DNA of 37,104 nt from Octopus sinensis (Eukaryota). Positions within the stretch are counted from its first letter, which is position 1. Each line of letters starts with the position of its first letter. The translations under genes and the position numbers were made by a program. The notes under the pieces are model-generated. The model did not search any database, was not told the DNA's origin, and saw only the letters and a list, made by a program, of their open reading frames with translations. Positions 1 through 12,654 of the stretch are shown one piece after another. The stretch is from NCBI RefSeq assembly GCF_006345805.1, contig NW_021836825.1:1-37104 (forward strand), given 5' to 3'.

Positions 1-240
1 GTGTGTGTGTTTGGTGTGTGTGTGTGTGTGTGTGGTGTGTTTGTGTCTGTGTTTGTCCCCCAGCATCACTTGACAACCGATGTTGGTATATTTACATCCC
101 TGTAACTAAACAGTTCAGCAAAAGAGACTGATAGAATAAATACTAGGCATATAAAAAATAAATCCTGGAGTCAATTTGTTTGACTAAAGGTGGTGCTCCA
201 ACATGGTCGCAGTCTAAGGACTGAAACAAATAAAAGAATA
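1..240 (+). mobile_element. 3' part of an octopus-type tRNA-derived SINE (family A), cut by the window edge
   Basis: Internal (GT)n followed by a body and a 'ggtgctccaacatggtcgcagtc...ctgaaacaa' tail, shared with the copies at 3896-4223 and 26448-26815. Confidence 0.75.
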
Positions 241-340
241 TCCATTCTATTGGCAAATATGTGTGTGCATATTTTTCTGACTTATGGATTCTTATACAAC
301 TAAGTATAAAACCCAAAACACACACACATATATATAAATT

Positions 341-630
341 GAGTTTCAGTTACTCCAATCAATGGAACAGCCTGCTCATGAAATTAATGAGCAAGTGGTT
401 GGGGACTCCACAGACATAGTAGTTCTCATGGAGATTCAGTATGATACAGAATATGACAAAGCCAGCCTTTTGAAATACAGGTACTACTCATTTTTGTCAG
501 CTGAGAGGACTGGAGTGATATGGAATAAAGTGACTTGCTCAAAGACGCAATGTGTCACCATTGGATAGTGAACTCATGAGCTTTCGATTGTAATCTGAAT
601 ACCTCTAGCCACTAAACCACATGCCTTCAC
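341..630 (-). mobile_element. Second tRNA-derived SINE family (B)
   Basis: The minus strand starts with a tRNA-like head (gtgaaggcatgtggtttagtggctagagg...gagttcactatcc...gtctttgagcaagtcac); sits next to a (TA)n tract. Confidence 0.6.
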
Positions 631-631
631 T

Positions 632-669
<38 letters not shown>

Positions 670-699
670 TACCTCTATATACCTATATGAGTGTTGTAC

Positions 700-1190
700 T
701 GAAGGTAATACTAAAGTAGGTTTGATGTTTTATTAATTGACATAATTTATTCAAATTGCACATATAGGTACAGTAACTTTTTCTCTATAGTGACTCTTCT
801 GCCTATTCTTCTTCATTGCAGGCAAATAATGGGTTCCAAGCAGAACCAATGTGACATCATTGAGTTCCTATTGAAGGCAATATGCTGGCTGTCTAACATC
901 CCCAGAAGGCTATGGTTTGATTATAGAGATTACCCTATTGATAAGAGCAATATGTACAAATAGGTAAGGAAGTTTAAAGAAGAGGAAACCAGCATTGAGA
1001 ACAAAACATGCAGTGGGATACCATCAATTGTGATCACTGACATGAATTGCTGACAAGAAGACAAATTCATTTGTGCTGACAATGCATCACAGAAGCTAAT
1101 ATGTATCTTGCGCAAGTTTGTGAGCATGAAATCAACAACATAATTGGCATGGAATACTGACAAGTTTATGGCATCCCACTTTGAAAGCTA
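700..1190 (+). mobile_element. Highly decayed 5' fragment of a mariner transposase
   Basis: Broken translation NQCDIIEFL...VRKFKEEETSIENKTCSGIPSIVITD resembles the mariner N-terminal HTH and 'ED..RSGRP' linker; boundaries approximate. Confidence 0.45.
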
Positions 1191-2720
1191 CCTTCATGCA
1201 ATTCAAAAACAAGCGATTCCCACCAAGTACTTACAGCATAAAGGGCAGAAAATATTGACAGACAACAAATGTAGGCTGTGCAAGACCAAGACTAAAGACA
1301 TCAATCACATTATTGACAACTGAAAGAGAATGCCTTCTAGATATTATCTTCTTATGAGGCATGATGTGGTGGCCAGAACATGCTGGAACAGGATATAAAA
1401 ATAAAATACGAACAAAATCGACTATATTGAGGCTGATGGGTCGAAAGAATATTGGTAAAACTTAAAAATTAAAAGAGGCAAGTTAAAAAATAAAAAGTTG
1501 CATAAGAAAAAATTTTGTTCTATTGTTGGAACCTATATTTTTCTGACCATGTTGGTACATTCTGGGCATGGTCAGAAAAATACGGGAGAAGGAATATGTC
1601 TAAGAAGTTTTCAAATCCAATACCCAAGATACACTTCCAGTTGCATACTTCATCATAATTGGAGCAACCAACCAACTTGAAGCAAAGTGTGGCTGAACTT
1701 GGGTTAGTAGGGAGAGAATACAACTCCTTGATTCATATGCTACAAATGATCAAAATATTTGGGGCAATAAAAATCTGCAAGTGCTTCTTAAGATTTAAAA
1801 GATGATGAACAAACTAAGATGAATAAGATGCTTTGCACTACTATCTTAATACCAAGCAGGTGATCATCAAAATTAACTTTAAACTAAAAAGCAAAGAGAA
1901 AACACACATACATGAGGTAATATAACATGCAAGTTTTCTTCCACAAGTTGTAATCAAGAGGATGTTGAGAAACATCATAGTGAAAAGAGCACCACCCCAG
2001 GAAGTGCTAAAATCATTCTGGTCAAAGATCAAGAACAAAAGGCAAGATTTTAATCAGAATACCACAGTAATATAAGAAAACTGCACCAACATCAACAGTA
2101 AAGAGTGTATGATGAATGTAGAAACTTTTACCAAAGCTGAGGGAAAGCTTCATAATAGTGATGCACCAGGAAGAGACATCTAGCTACTGGTACATGACAT
2201 TGACCTTATATAGAAAATCAATAATACACATATTTAAAAGGAGGGACAGAGTGATATACCAAACTGGCTTGCCATAGCATGAACAAACACTGTCACCAAG
2301 AACCAAATCATTCTTCTGGCAGAGAATTATAAGCTTATAGATTGTATGAACATTATGTACAAATTGTACACCAGCTGCCTGAACCAGTTTTTTCAAGATC
2401 ATTGAAAGTCTAACGATATCGCAGAAGGGTGAAAAGAAAGGAATGTGAAGAAACATTGTGACATATGGCTTGATTCCAGAAATGCATTCAATCCCATTCC
2501 TCATTCATGGCTATTGAAGTCACAACAGTTGGTAAAAGTACTTTTTGCCTTAGTTTCTGCCATTGAAAGGTTAATGAAGACCTGGTGCACAATTCTCATT
2601 CTTTTGACTGAAAGTGGAATAATTGCCCCTGATGTTATTAATATTTCAACAGAATTATCCTAAGGTGAAAGTCTATTTGTGCCTCTGTTTATTTTGGCCC
2701 TAAATCCATTGTCATTTTTT
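1190..2720 (+). mobile_element. Decayed R4/Dong-like (RLE-type) non-LTR retrotransposon fragments
   Basis: AIQKQAIPTKYL and DNKCRLCK...HII (C-terminal zinc knuckle) at about 1200-1320; RT motifs WLDSRNAFNPIPHSWL (2445-2663 ORF) and QG.SL..PLFILALNPLS at about 2660-2715; many stops. Confidence 0.65.
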
Positions 2721-2808
2721 TGCTCTTGAAAATCCAGTGCTTATGTCATAGGAACTGTGAAAATATGTTTGATATGTGACAATTGGCATTGTTGGTATCC
2801 AAAAGGAA

Positions 2809-2895
2809 CATACATACTTAAATACATACACACATACATACTTAAATACATACACACATACATACTTAAAAACATACATACTGAAATACATACAC
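2809..2895. repeat. About 22-bp tandem minisatellite (acatacatacttaaatacatac-like), roughly 3-4 copies
   Basis: Repeat visible directly; produces the repetitive ORFs YVFKYVCV / ILKYIHTY. Confidence 0.75.
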
Positions 2896-3088
2896 ACATA
2901 GCAATGTCTTATCGACAGTGTCTAAAACTTGTGTTCAGCAGTTCCATGATTAATCATTCACTGTTGTACCTCTCATTAATATTTTACCAATTAATATTTT
3001 ACCATTAACCTGTGGTATACAAAGACAATCTTTATCACACAAACCACCTCTACTTTCCTCAGGTTCCACATTCAATTTTGTTTCCTAC

Positions 3089-3259
3089 CTTTGTCTGGAT
3101 TACATGTTTTGCAGCAATGGGCCCTTTGTGCCTGATTAACACAAACTCCTGGAACCAATTCTAAAAGTTGTCTACAATTTGATGGTACAATCGTTTTGTC
3201 ACTGCCTGGAAATATCACCGTAAACCGAAGATTCTCATTATCTCCAAATGGACATTTCT
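3089..3259 (-). CDS. ADAMTS-like exon, 171 nt: KCPFGDNENLRFTVIFPGSDKTIVPSNCRQLLELVPGVCVNQAQRAHCCKTCNPDK (PLAC-like 6-Cys module)
   Basis: Acceptor ttttcccatcttttcAG and donor GTagga; phase 1 to phase 1; open frame with C..C..C..CC..C pattern. Confidence 0.9.
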
Positions 3260-3499
3260 CTGAAAAGATGGGAAAATGGAATGAATGAATAACAGGACGA
3301 ATGGGAAAATCTACAAGAATATGATGTTAGGTTCAATTCCACTTTACTGCTTCATTTATAGTATATTATCCTACAACCTCTCTTTAACCAATGCCTTGTG
3401 AGTGTAATTTGATGAATAGAAACTGTAAGGAAGTCTGTTTTATATGTATACATAATATATATAAACGATGAACACATTACACATATATCTATATATGTA

Positions 3500-3538
<39 letters not shown>

Positions 3539-3846
3539 TCATATATATACATACATACATACATAATACATACACATGGATTTTTAAGGTGTGACCTAAA
3601 ATGAAGATATGATTTTCTTGGTACATATTGGTCATTGTTAAATGCTCTGAATTTCATTATAATTCTGCATAAGGATTGTTGGATTTACCTGTCATACATG
3701 GGGATTTACCTGGGATTTGTATTCTACTTACATTTTCTGGTATCTACTTGTTCGACATTTAACCTTATTCTTCTATACTGAATGCTTACTTGATATCTGC
3801 CAGGATTTTTTAATCCCATGTTTTCTTTATATATATAATATATATA

Positions 3847-3895
<49 letters not shown>

Positions 3896-4223
3896 TCTTT
3901 CTTTTGCTTCAGTCATTTGAATGTGGCCATGCTGGAGCACTGCCTTTAGTTGAACAAATCAATCCAAGGACTTATTCTATCAGTGTCTTTTGCTGAACTG
4001 CTAAGTTACGGGGATGTAAACACACCAGCATTGGTTGTCAAGTGATGGTGGGGGGACAAACACAGACACACAAACATATGCATACATATATATATATGAT
4101 GGGCTTCTTTCAGTTTCTGTCTACCAATTCCACTCACAAAGCTTTGGTTGGCCTGAGGCTATAGTAGAAGACACTTGCAATGGGACTTAACCTGCCACCA
4201 TGTGGTTGGTAAGCAAGCTTCTT
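3896..4223 (-). mobile_element. tRNA-derived SINE family A, near full length
   Basis: Reverse complement aligns with the 26448-26815 copy (head, internal TA/CA tract, ccagcatggcc tail). Confidence 0.8.
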
Positions 4224-6224
4224 TATTTCATTAAATTGGCCATATAGGCCTTACAAAGAGAAGCTTGTGGGCTGGACATGGACAAGATGAGATGAAATGA
4301 AACAAAATGATACGGATGAGAGGGATGTCGGCGCCCACCGACCGACAAACCCTCGAATACAAAGTTTCTTACAACAATACAAAGTTTCTTACAACAATTC
4401 TCTTTGTCAGATCCCCCAAGCAAAGTGACTTGCTGCCTGCAGACAACTCTGCATCGACAAGTCGGGGCCTGCAAAGAGGAAAGCAAATTCTTCCTTGTCA
4501 AAGGTTGGTAAATTTTAAGATTATTTATGGTCATGTATATGCATGCTTGTGTATTGGCTTGTATGTATTTATATAAATGCTGGTTGTGGGGGGACAAAAT
4601 TTATACTTGCTCCTCAAATGTAGAGGAGAAAACACTGATGGGAGAAGAGCTAACTCTTCTCTTAGTTTGTTAAAATATACCTGCACTTTGGAGGGCTAGA
4701 GGAAAAGACTTCACATTTAAACTTTTGGTAGACACCTGGGTGAAGGAGCTCTTCTATATGATTTTTGCTGCCACATAGAGTCTGCATCTCCTAAAGCTGT
4801 TAAGGTAATGGTTGTGCTTTTTTAGTATTTCTCATTTAATGTAATGTGTTTTTCTACAATGTCCATACATATCTCATCTGAATTGTGACATCATATTTCT
4901 ACTGAATATTAAATGACAACTTGTGGTTGTTGAACCTGGTCCTGAAGAGACATTTCATCACATCTGCATATTTCCATGTGTTGTCATTCTCTAACATCTT
5001 TCTACCTTTGCCTCATATACTGTTTAGTGAGCATGTGGTGTTACTGCTGCATGAGAAGCATGCTTCTGTGTTAGGTTTAGAGTATTTACTAGTATTTTCT
5101 TTATATTGGCTGTACAGCTAAAGAGAATCTCAAAGTATGTCTATGCATCTAAGAAAAATGCTTAACAACTAAATTAAGAAAGATTGTAGCTATACAAGTT
5201 TTTACATTAAGGGAAAATAAAGATATAAATCATTTGACGTTATGGTAGTGTTTTTCCTTGTTGGGGGGTTAAAGTTGAACATATAACAAATCTTATCTTT
5301 GAAACAAGTAGTGACCAGGGTCTTTGTTGTTGTATAGGGCTGTGGCTTTGAAGATAGCTTGGAGACTCTTAAGTTAACTCCCTTCACCAGGTTTTTGCAA
5401 ACTATAGCTAGATTCCTGTTTTCTTTACATCTCGTCATCTTGACTTTTCTATTGATATCAATAAAATAAGGAGCAGAGAAAATGCTGGAGTTGATATAAA
5501 TGACTAAAACCCTTGAAAGCGATGTCCCTGTATGACCACAGTCTATTTACTGAAACCAGTAAAAAATGTGTTTTCTTATAATTATTTATTATATAATTAC
5601 TACATTTGTTGGTGTATAAAGTTACTTTCACACTCCTATTTTACAAGTATATTTGAACAAATTTAGTATGTTTCATCATACACTCATTTAAGATATTTTA
5701 AAGTGATTATGTAGGAGAACATATATTTTCTCTGCATTTAAATACAGGGTAGCACATAAAAAAGCAACCCAGGTTCTGTAGCATAGTGTAAATACAGAAA
5801 TAAATTTATACACATGAAAAAGCACTCAGCCTTTCATTTGCAACACTCAAATCCATGATGTGGCCACATTAGATGCAAGGCAATTTTTTGATACATTTAA
5901 AAATTACAAAAAAAAAAAAAAATCCTTATGTGACAGCAAATATGGTAATAAATATTTCTACTTTTACTTAGATTTTACACACTTTTATTATTGACATCAT
6001 TGAAACATTTGTTACAGGAGATGAGAATGCTCCTTGGCCATTGATGTTGTCATAAGTCTGTACCCCTATTCAACTACCCAAGTAAATAAACATTAATGTC
6101 ATTAGAGTGTACCATCTCTGCTGTGCAGGTAAGTCAACATTAATTTCAATAATAGTTTGTATCCCAGCTCTTGTATCCAAGTAAGTGAGCAAGTGAACAT
6201 TAATTATATTTATAAAAAAACAGA

Positions 6225-7243
6225 TGTTATCATTATCATCCTCATCATCCAGTGTTTTAAATCCAGGTTTTGTCCCCATTAACAGGGTATGTGTGTGTGT
6301 GAGTGTGTGCCAGATCTACCTCAATGCCATAGCAACCACCCTCACACTATCTCACCATCTTGCCCTGACTTGGGCATCCTCCCTTCTCAAGCCAACCCTT
6401 CTAATTTCCTCCTCCACCTGTCTCCTCCACATTTTCCTTGGTCTACCTCGCTTTCGCACTCCATTTACCTCAAATTCAAGTACCCTCCTCAGAACATGCT
6501 CCTCATCCCTCCTCAATACATGCTCATACTACCGCACTCCATTTGTCCTTGCCAGCTGTTGCACCAATTCCTCCAACCCCAGCATCCTCATCAAGTTTTC
6601 AGTTCTCCTTTTATCAAACAGCTTCACCCCACACATTTCTCTCACCATTGCTCTCTCAATCCTTCTCAAAATTGCCATCTCTCTTTCTCTCAGACACCAT
6701 GTCTCACTCCCATGTTCCACATTTCCTGAACTTCACCCAGCCAAGACTTGCTCTTGCTGTCACAGATGCTTCACATCCACCACTTACATCCACCCTATCT
6801 CCCAAATAACAAAACCTTCTCACTGTTTCCACCTCATCACATAGCATTTTCACTGGTTCTGCCAGCCCTCCAATTCTTTTCTCACATCTTCCACAAACAA
6901 ATTCTTTTGCTAATCTTAGGGTCACCATTTTCATACATCTACCATGAATCCATTTCTCACATCTCATAGGCAACACTACATTTGCCATTACCCTCTTCCC
7001 ACATACACTACATGGATCCACTTTACTCACTAACACTTCTCTTTCCACCCCGCTCACTATCACCTTTGTCTTCTCAAAGTTTACCTTCAAACCCTTGCTT
7101 TCAAACGCCTCCTTCCATTTCCAAAACTTCTCCCTCAATCCTTCCATTGTCTCACTCATCAGAACAAGGTCATCCACATACAGTATCTCCTTTATCAACT
7201 TCTCTCTTGCACTGTCCGTCACCACATCAACCACTATTGCAAA
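6225..7243 (-). mobile_element. 5'-truncated, decayed RTE-clade LINE
   Basis: ORF 6704..7252: FAIVVDVV...LYVDDLVL...KGLKVNFEKTKV...YLGD; ORF 6529..6720: HGSETW...ERAMVR.MCGV; (GAT)n-like tail at about 6225-6250. Confidence 0.85.
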
Positions 7244-7249
7244 ACTCAC

Positions 7250-7301
7250 CATCTATTTTAGGGGCTGCAGTATCATATACACATTTTCCAGATACGCACC
7301 A
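7250..7301 (-). CDS. ADAMTS-like exon, 52 nt: WCVSGKCVYDTAAPKID(E)
   Basis: Acceptor ttcttatctgtttcAG and donor GTgagt; phase 0 to phase 1; continues CGSKK-WC..G.CV. Confidence 0.92.
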
Positions 7302-7389
7302 CTGAAACAGATAAGAAATATCATATTAGTATATAATGGCACTATAAGCAAGGTGTATTTATAATTTATTTAGTAAAGAATACCAGTAC

Positions 7390-7441
<52 letters not shown>

Positions 7442-8217
7442 CTAGCATATCCATGTTGTCAAAAATGCTGACAGTTTTATTAATTATAGAAAATGGCACA
7501 TCAACACAATGGATGAAACCATTGCTAAATGTCAGCAATCTAGAAAATAAAAGTACATACACAGAATTGAAGCATTTGAAGTATTGTTCACATAATGTGT
7601 GTGTGTGTGTGTGTATACATGCATACACATATCACACACACATACACACACACACACACAAAGCGAATAAGTAGCAAGGATGTCAAAATATTAGTGCATA
7701 ATGGCCATTTCAAGCAGCTCCATTTAATCGATCAATGCAAACATTACATGAATTTGGAATAAACCAGGATACTCCATTATAATTTTTTAGCAAATTTTTC
7801 ATCAGTACTAGAGACTAAAATACATTGCTTCTTTTTGCTAAATTCATTTGCTAAATTCATTCTGCTACAATAATTTCGGAAAAAAATACCTAAAGCCTAC
7901 TTTAATTTAGAATGGCAGGAAATAAGGGGATCAAAGAAGAGGAATGATGATAGAGCTACATTCATCTTTATATAATAACTGCAACAAGTAAAAATTTTTT
8001 TAATTCTAGCATTGATACATTTGACTAAAAAATTTTCAAGGTGGTTCCTCAGCATGGCCACAGTCTGATAACTGCAACAACTAAAAAGGAAAAAAAATTC
8101 TGGGGTTGATATCTTCAACTAAAGATTCTTCAAGGCAGTGCTCCAGCATGGCTTCAATCTAATGACTGAAACAAGTAAAAGGTGAAAAAAACAAAAAAAT
8201 AATCGAAATATATAACT

Positions 8218-8290
8218 GGGGCTTTTGTCCAAGAGGCTTTTGTCCGTGGGGCTTTTGTCCGTGGAGCTTTTGTCCAAGGGGCTTTTGTCC
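8218..8290. repeat. 15-bp tandem repeat GGGGCTTTTGTCC(GT/AA), about 5 copies
   Basis: gcttttgtcc recurs with period 15 (8221, 8236, 8251, 8266, 8281). Confidence 0.9.
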
Positions 8291-8489
8291 TACACTCATT
8301 TTAACTGTGTAGTATCTCCATCACTCACACAACACGTGTAAACACACTTGCCACATTACGATCCAATCAACATAAGACCATTTCTGTCCCCAACCACCAT
8401 GCACAAAAAAATGAAACGTAAATTAAATGATACCCGTATTATTCAACCAAAGGATAAGAAACGGGAAATATGTACTTAAACTTGTAACA

Positions 8490-10865
8490 CAAAAAGTATG
8501 AAAAACTACATGTGCAAAACCATTTAACACCAGAAATGAATGGACCGGTACCCTATGAAAATGATGACCATCAAAATAAAGGGCCAGGCATTATTCCTCA
8601 TGTCCCACAAATAAAACCAAAAAAGAATAAACGGACATGTGAGGAATATATTTTAATCCTACATGCTTATTTTACAGCAGTGCTCCACCCACAGAATGAA
8701 AACACAACAACATATACAGATAAAATCTGGAAGAAAAATAACTTAGATAAAATTTGGGTACAGCAATGAATCATAATAAAGTAGCTAACAAAATAAAAAC
8801 AAGAACAAAAAAATACCAGAAATAGAAAATGAACACTTAAAAGGAAAAATACAACAGGAAAACGTAGATAGTAACCACACAGCAATAGCAAATAATATCA
8901 TAAGCACTGGGACTGTAAAATATGAAGACAGGTGTAACATGTCCAACAAAAATGAAGTAAACAACAAAAGACAACAAACCCAGATCATAAGAATGTATAA
9001 TGATGAGCAAAATGCACCAAGCCAGAACACCACAAACAAAAATATGAACAGGAGGGAATACGTACAAATCTAAAACATGGAAACAGCAAAGGTGAAACTA
9101 ATGATTATGATACTCTACAAATGAGTATAATCAAAGAATTGAAAGCCTCAGATCTCAATATGGGCCACCCAGAAATTAAAATTGATAATAAAACAACATC
9201 GATAATAAATAGCATGAACCTGGCTATCACAGAACTTATAGCCAGAGAAACAAATGTCAATATGACCAGGCTAAATGATATAATGTATGCAGTAACCTCT
9301 GTGACCAGAAAAGAAGCTGGTTACCTCCTAAAACCCACCCAAACAGGAGCATCACCACACAAACAAACTCTGTGGATATATAATATCCAGAAAAAATAGA
9401 AAATAAGAGAAAGGATCTGTCAATTCTTAATGAAACTAGTAGACAATCAACAGAAGAGAAGAAAAATCCAAGGCAACAAGAAGAGAAGAAAAATACTATG
9501 TAAATACAAAATTACAGAACAAGGTATATCTGAGGTAAAAGGACAGCTAAAGCAAGATATCCTCACCAAAGCACAAAGAATCCATCAGTATGAGAAACGC
9601 CAACATTTCTTTGAACAAAATGAACAGTTCAACTCTCATCCCAAAAGATTCTGCCAAGAACCTGGCAAAAATAAAATTGAGATCAATGCAGTACCAACAG
9701 CAGAAGTGGAAGAATTTTGGAAAGGAATATGGTTGGCGAAGGAACAACCACAGCAAAAATCTATCAAAACAATGAACATAGCACCTGAACAACAATTGAA
9801 GAGGTCAGCCAGGCACTGCAAAAACTAAGCAATGGGAAGGCACCCGGGCATGATAAGATCCCCAACTTCTGGTTAAAATACCTAACAGGAACATATAAAA
9901 CACTGGCTGAGAAATTTAATGTAATACTAGCAGAGCCAGAGTCAATGACTGAATGGCTCATGGAAGGGAAAACAATCCTAATTCCCAAATCCACTGAAAC
10001 AGCAAACCCATAAAATTATAGACCGATAACTTGTCTCCCTACACTTTACAAAGCCTTTACTGCAATAATATCGCAGAGAATGAGCAAACATCTGGAAGAA
10101 TATAACCTGTTTCCAGAAGAGCAGAAGGAATGCTGCAAGGGCTCATGTGGATGTAAAGAAGGGTCTAAGTATGGCCTGGTTTGATTACCAAAAGGTTTTT
10201 GGTAATATTCCCCACACATGGATCCTAGAAACACTAGCCATGAACAAGGTAGCACAAATAATCATAAGATATATAAAACATTCCATGAATAAATAGCAGT
10301 CAGTGCTACAGTTCCAGACAAAAAAGGGACTCATAAAAACCAAAGCCAATCCCTTTAGAAGAGGAATATTCCAGGGAGACATGCTCTCTCCACTCCTTTT
10401 CTGCTTGGCACTGACACCTTTATCTAACATGCTAAGCAGAAATGGATATGGATATAACTGTTATGACAAAATAATCAACCACCTGTTATATATGGATGAT
10501 CTAAAACTGTAAGCTACAAATGTTAAACAGCTGGAAACGTTACTCTAGACAACATGGATTTAACAAAGAAATAAGCATGAAATTTGGCTTAGAAAAATGT
10601 ACCAAAGCAACCTTGAAAAGAAGAAAACTAGTTAAGAGTAGCAACATCACACTAGATAAAGCAAATGAAATAAGAGAATTAGACCATAGCCAGGCATACA
10701 AATACTTAGGAATCAATGAACTAGATATAATACAACACACACAAATGAAAGAGAAGATAAGAAAAGAATACTATAGACGAGTTAGATTAATACTAAAAAC
10801 AGAGCTCAATGCAAAAAACAAGATAATAGCTGTCCCAGTTATAAGTTATAACTGGGTTCAAAATT
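8490..10865 (+). mobile_element. R4/Dong-like non-LTR retrotransposon, element A (N-terminus to RT, decayed, 3' part absent)
   Basis: N-terminal RTCEEYILILHAYF; GKAPGHDKIPNFW at about 9835-9870; NYRPITCLPT at about 10015; GIFQGDMLSPLLFCLAL...YMDDLKL (ORF 10303..10512); KFGLEKC...YKYLGI (10520..10867). Confidence 0.85.
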
Positions 10866-10869
10866 AACT

Positions 10870-12654
10870 AATCAAAATTATGGAATGTATGAATCTATTT
10901 GGTATTGCATCAAATGTTGAGCAATTGCTTGAAAAATGTATGACAAATTGGAGGATGGACCTGACAGCATTCAGAAGTTTAGGGACAGTAGAAATTAGGA
11001 AGGGCATCTTCCAAGGGGACTACCTGTCCCCACTAATCTTTGTACTGTGCTTGATACCACTGACACTGATTCTGAGGAAAGCAAAAGCTGGATATGTATT
11101 CAAAAGCCGCCAGTAAATAGTCAGCCCTTTGTTATTCATGGATGATCTGAAACTTTATGGTAAAGATGAAGCCCAAGTCAGTTCCTTCATTGATACAGTG
11201 TATACTTTCAGTGCTAATATCAGAATGAAATTTGGACTGAGAAAGTGTGGTGTATTAGTCTTGAAGAGAGGCAAAATCAAATGTATGGACAGGCTAACAG
11301 TACTGTCGGGAAGGTTATGAAGCAGATAGAAGAGATGGGCTATGAGTACTTGGGGATTTTGGAAATGGATACATTGATGGAGAAAGAAATGACAGAAAAA
11401 TTTAAGGTGGAGTACTTGCACAGTCTGAGACTGATCCATAAATCGATTGAAGCTATCAACCTAGTTTCACTCCTTAGATATGGAGCAAGAGTAATCGCAT
11501 GGACAGTAGATGAACTAAACAGCTTAGACAGAAAGACAAGGAAGTTGCTAACTAGGTATGGGACTCTCCACCCAAAAAGTAACACAGACAGACTATATGT
11601 ACCAAGAAAAAGAGGGGGAAGAGGACCTATTGGATGCGAACACAGCATTAAAGCAGAAGAAAACAACATAGCATGGTATGTAAAAAATGCTACAGAACTG
11701 TTATTATTAGAAGAATAATTGTGTAGGATGAAAGATTGCAATGATAAAGCAGTGTACAAGCAATTGAAAATGAATGAAACTGAAAATAGGTGGGTAAAGA
11801 AAAGAATGCATGGACAATTTCATAAGGATGTTAAAGATAAGACATACAGAGAAAAAAGATGGCTGTGGATGACTAAAAGTGATTTAAGACTGGAAACGGA
11901 GGCTCTAATCTGTGTTACCCGAGAGTAAGCACTAAGAACAAACTACATAAAATATAGAATAGACAACACACCAGAAAGTGATAAGTGCAGAATTTGTGGA
12001 CAAAATGGTGAAACCGTATGGCATATTACCTGCCAATGTACGCCACTAGCCCAGAAGGAATATAAGAGATGCCACAACAATATAGCAAAGCATGTCCATT
12101 GGACACATTGCAACAAGTATGGATTTGACAGAGAAAAAAATTTGGTATGACCACAAACCCGAAGGCATCATTGAAAATGATAATGCAAAGATCCTGTGGG
12201 ATTTTATGATTCAGTGCGACCATGAGATAGAGAATAGGAAGCCAGACATAGTCTTAATTGGGAAAGATACCAAACGATACTGGATCATAGTTATAGCGTG
12301 CCCAGCTGACAACAATATATGTGATAAGGAAGAAAGAAAAGTCAATAGATATGACAAGTTAGCTTGGGAGGTTAAGTAGTTGTTGCTGAGAAAGGTGGTA
12401 GTAGTACCAATAATTGTTGGAGCCCTGGGAACAGTGAGTAAAAACCTTGAGAAGTACATGGAACATATAGGGGCTGCAATAAGGGTGGAACACTTGTAGA
12501 AAACTGAACTGCTTGGGACCACTTGAATACTCCGGATGGTGCTTGAAAAATAAGGGGTGTTACCTTAGTTAGTTCAGTGGTAGTGAACAGCTGGCACTGT
12601 AGTACATCTGCAGTGTTAGAAGCTGTGTGAAGACTATAAATAATAATAATAATG

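Noticed and set aside
6018-6127. Plus-strand exon-like segment (tgttacAG...cagGTAAGT) suggesting an antisense transcript
   Set aside because: Stops in all frames, no partner exons identified, and such motifs are expected by chance in 37 kb.
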